Assembly (NCBI GenBank): GCA_951406725.2 | Contig: OX597815.1 | Span: forward strand, 205,592,001-205,656,000 | Source of the DNA: Octopus vulgaris | Lineage: Eukaryota | DNA: 64,000 nucleotides | Reading direction: 5' to 3' | Part shown: one piece after another, positions 62,620 to 64,000 of the stretch | Position numbering within the stretch: position 1 is the first letter of the stretch | How the letters are laid out: each line of letters opens with the position of its first letter | Notes under the pieces: generated by a model | What the model was told of the DNA's origin: nothing | The model's database searches: none | What the model saw: the letters and a program-made list of their open reading frames with translations, nothing else | Position numbers and translations under genes: made by a program

Positions 62620-62975
62620 ATGCAGAGCCTCTTGTAAAAACTTGTAACAAAAAATCCCATTAATATAATAAGCATTACACACATAAACAGTATCACTGAC
62701 CTCATCCACTGCCCCATCAGGTTATGCAAACTCAACATTCTAACAATTAGACATCATCATTGGAAGGAGACATCCATGCACTCAATACATCTTTGTTTCA
62801 AATGGGACAGATTAAAGGTAGCAGATCATTGCAACCAAACTCCCTTTACATCCAAAATAATACACATTCGCCTCTCCAAGTCAATTAGAACTCTTTAGCC
62901 AGACATCACCTTCTGTTCCACATACCTAGCTACCACAACCAGTTGCCAAACGATCCTTCAACTTTTGTCAGGTCA
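62620..62975 (+). mobile_element. LINE APE-endonuclease fragment (decayed; may continue after the SINE to the window end)
   Basis: IIIG/GDIHA and PDITFCSTYLA...LSGH resemble the APE GD.NA and SPDI...SDH motifs. Confidence 0.55.
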
Positions 62976-63037
62976 CAAAGAATAAAGTAAAAACATTTTA
63001 ACACCTTTATAAACTTCAGAAAAGCCTACCAAGAAAC

Positions 63038-63257
63038 TTACTTGTTTCAGTCATTTGACTGTGGCCATGCTGGGGCACCGCCTTTAGTCGAGCAAATCGA
63101 CCCCAGGATTTATTCTTTGGAAGCCTAGTACTTATTGTATCGGTCTCTTTTGCCAAACTGCTAAGTATCGGGGGACGTAAACACACTATCATTGGTTGTC
63201 AAGCGATGTTGGGGGACACAGACACACATACATATATATATATATATATACACACAC

Positions 63258-63301
<44 letters not shown>

Positions 63302-63484
63302 GTATACACACATGTATATACGACAGGCTTCTTTCAGTTTCCGTCTACCAAATCCATTCATAAGGCTTTGGTCGGCCCAAGGCTATAGTAGAAGACACTT
63401 GCCCAAGGTACCATGCAGTGGGAATGAACCCGGAACCATGTGGTTCGTAAGCAAGTTACTTACCACACAGCCACTCCTACACCC
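63038..63484 (-). mobile_element. SINE family A copy
   Basis: Full-length reverse-complement copy. Confidence 0.85.
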
Positions 63485-64000
63485 ATAGATAAAAATGTTT
63501 TTCAGAATTCAACAAAGACCATCACAGACAATACAGTACATTCAGTTAAATATAAGAACCATGCAAAAACACATTCTATGAATCAAAATAAAACAATACA
63601 ACTCCAATTACGCATGAGAGATATCCAACCTCAAACACACCAACACACACATAACTGAAGTATGAAATATAGTTCAACATCAAAACAATTAACAAAACAA
63701 AATATGTACAAAACTGGAAAACATTTGTACCCAACATAATTTACCAAACAATTTAATATCATTGTTATGGAAGATATATCACATTCCAGGTCCCAATATC
63801 AACCCCAAATAATATACCTACACCCCAACACCAAGCAAATGCCCTTATCATAACATTCTTCAAAATCAGCCATAAACACCACATAATGAAGACCACTGCA
63901 ACTTACAAGCCACTAAATTAACTATATTGTTTGACAAACTTGCATTTAAAATTCCCACATTTTAAATCAAAACTTGTTAGTTACTATAGAGACTATTTTG

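Overview
AT-rich, intron-containing animal DNA. The SINE families and the single-exon [12 protein letters not shown]2H2 array point to an octopus/cephalopod genome (inference). Genes: the last three coding exons of an EEF2KMT/FAM86-type lysine methyltransferase (1477-3870, +) and a 780-aa, 23-finger C2H2 zinc-finger gene (22956-25298, +). A ~20-kb cluster (39.7-59.7 kb) holds only histone H2B sequences: three intact divergent H2B ORFs with canonical 3' stem-loops, one internally deleted pseudogene and one 3' remnant, with no H2A/H3/H4/H1. These H2Bs have an acidic MSDSED N-terminus, an acidic-patch E105Q change, a terminal K125E and, in some copies, K120R at the ubiquitination site. One copy has lost the shared promoter and may have gained a 5'-UTR intron. 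The rest is dense in transposons: several tRNA-derived SINE families with swapped heads and tails, RTE LINEs with a PHD finger inside the RT region, CR1, Penelope fragments with a minimal hammerhead ribozyme, mariner and hAT fossils, non-autonomous Helitrons, piggyBac-type MITEs, and GG-terminal 8-bp-TSD MITEs confined to the H2B cluster. Coordinates were read by eye; repeat boundaries may be off by a few bases.
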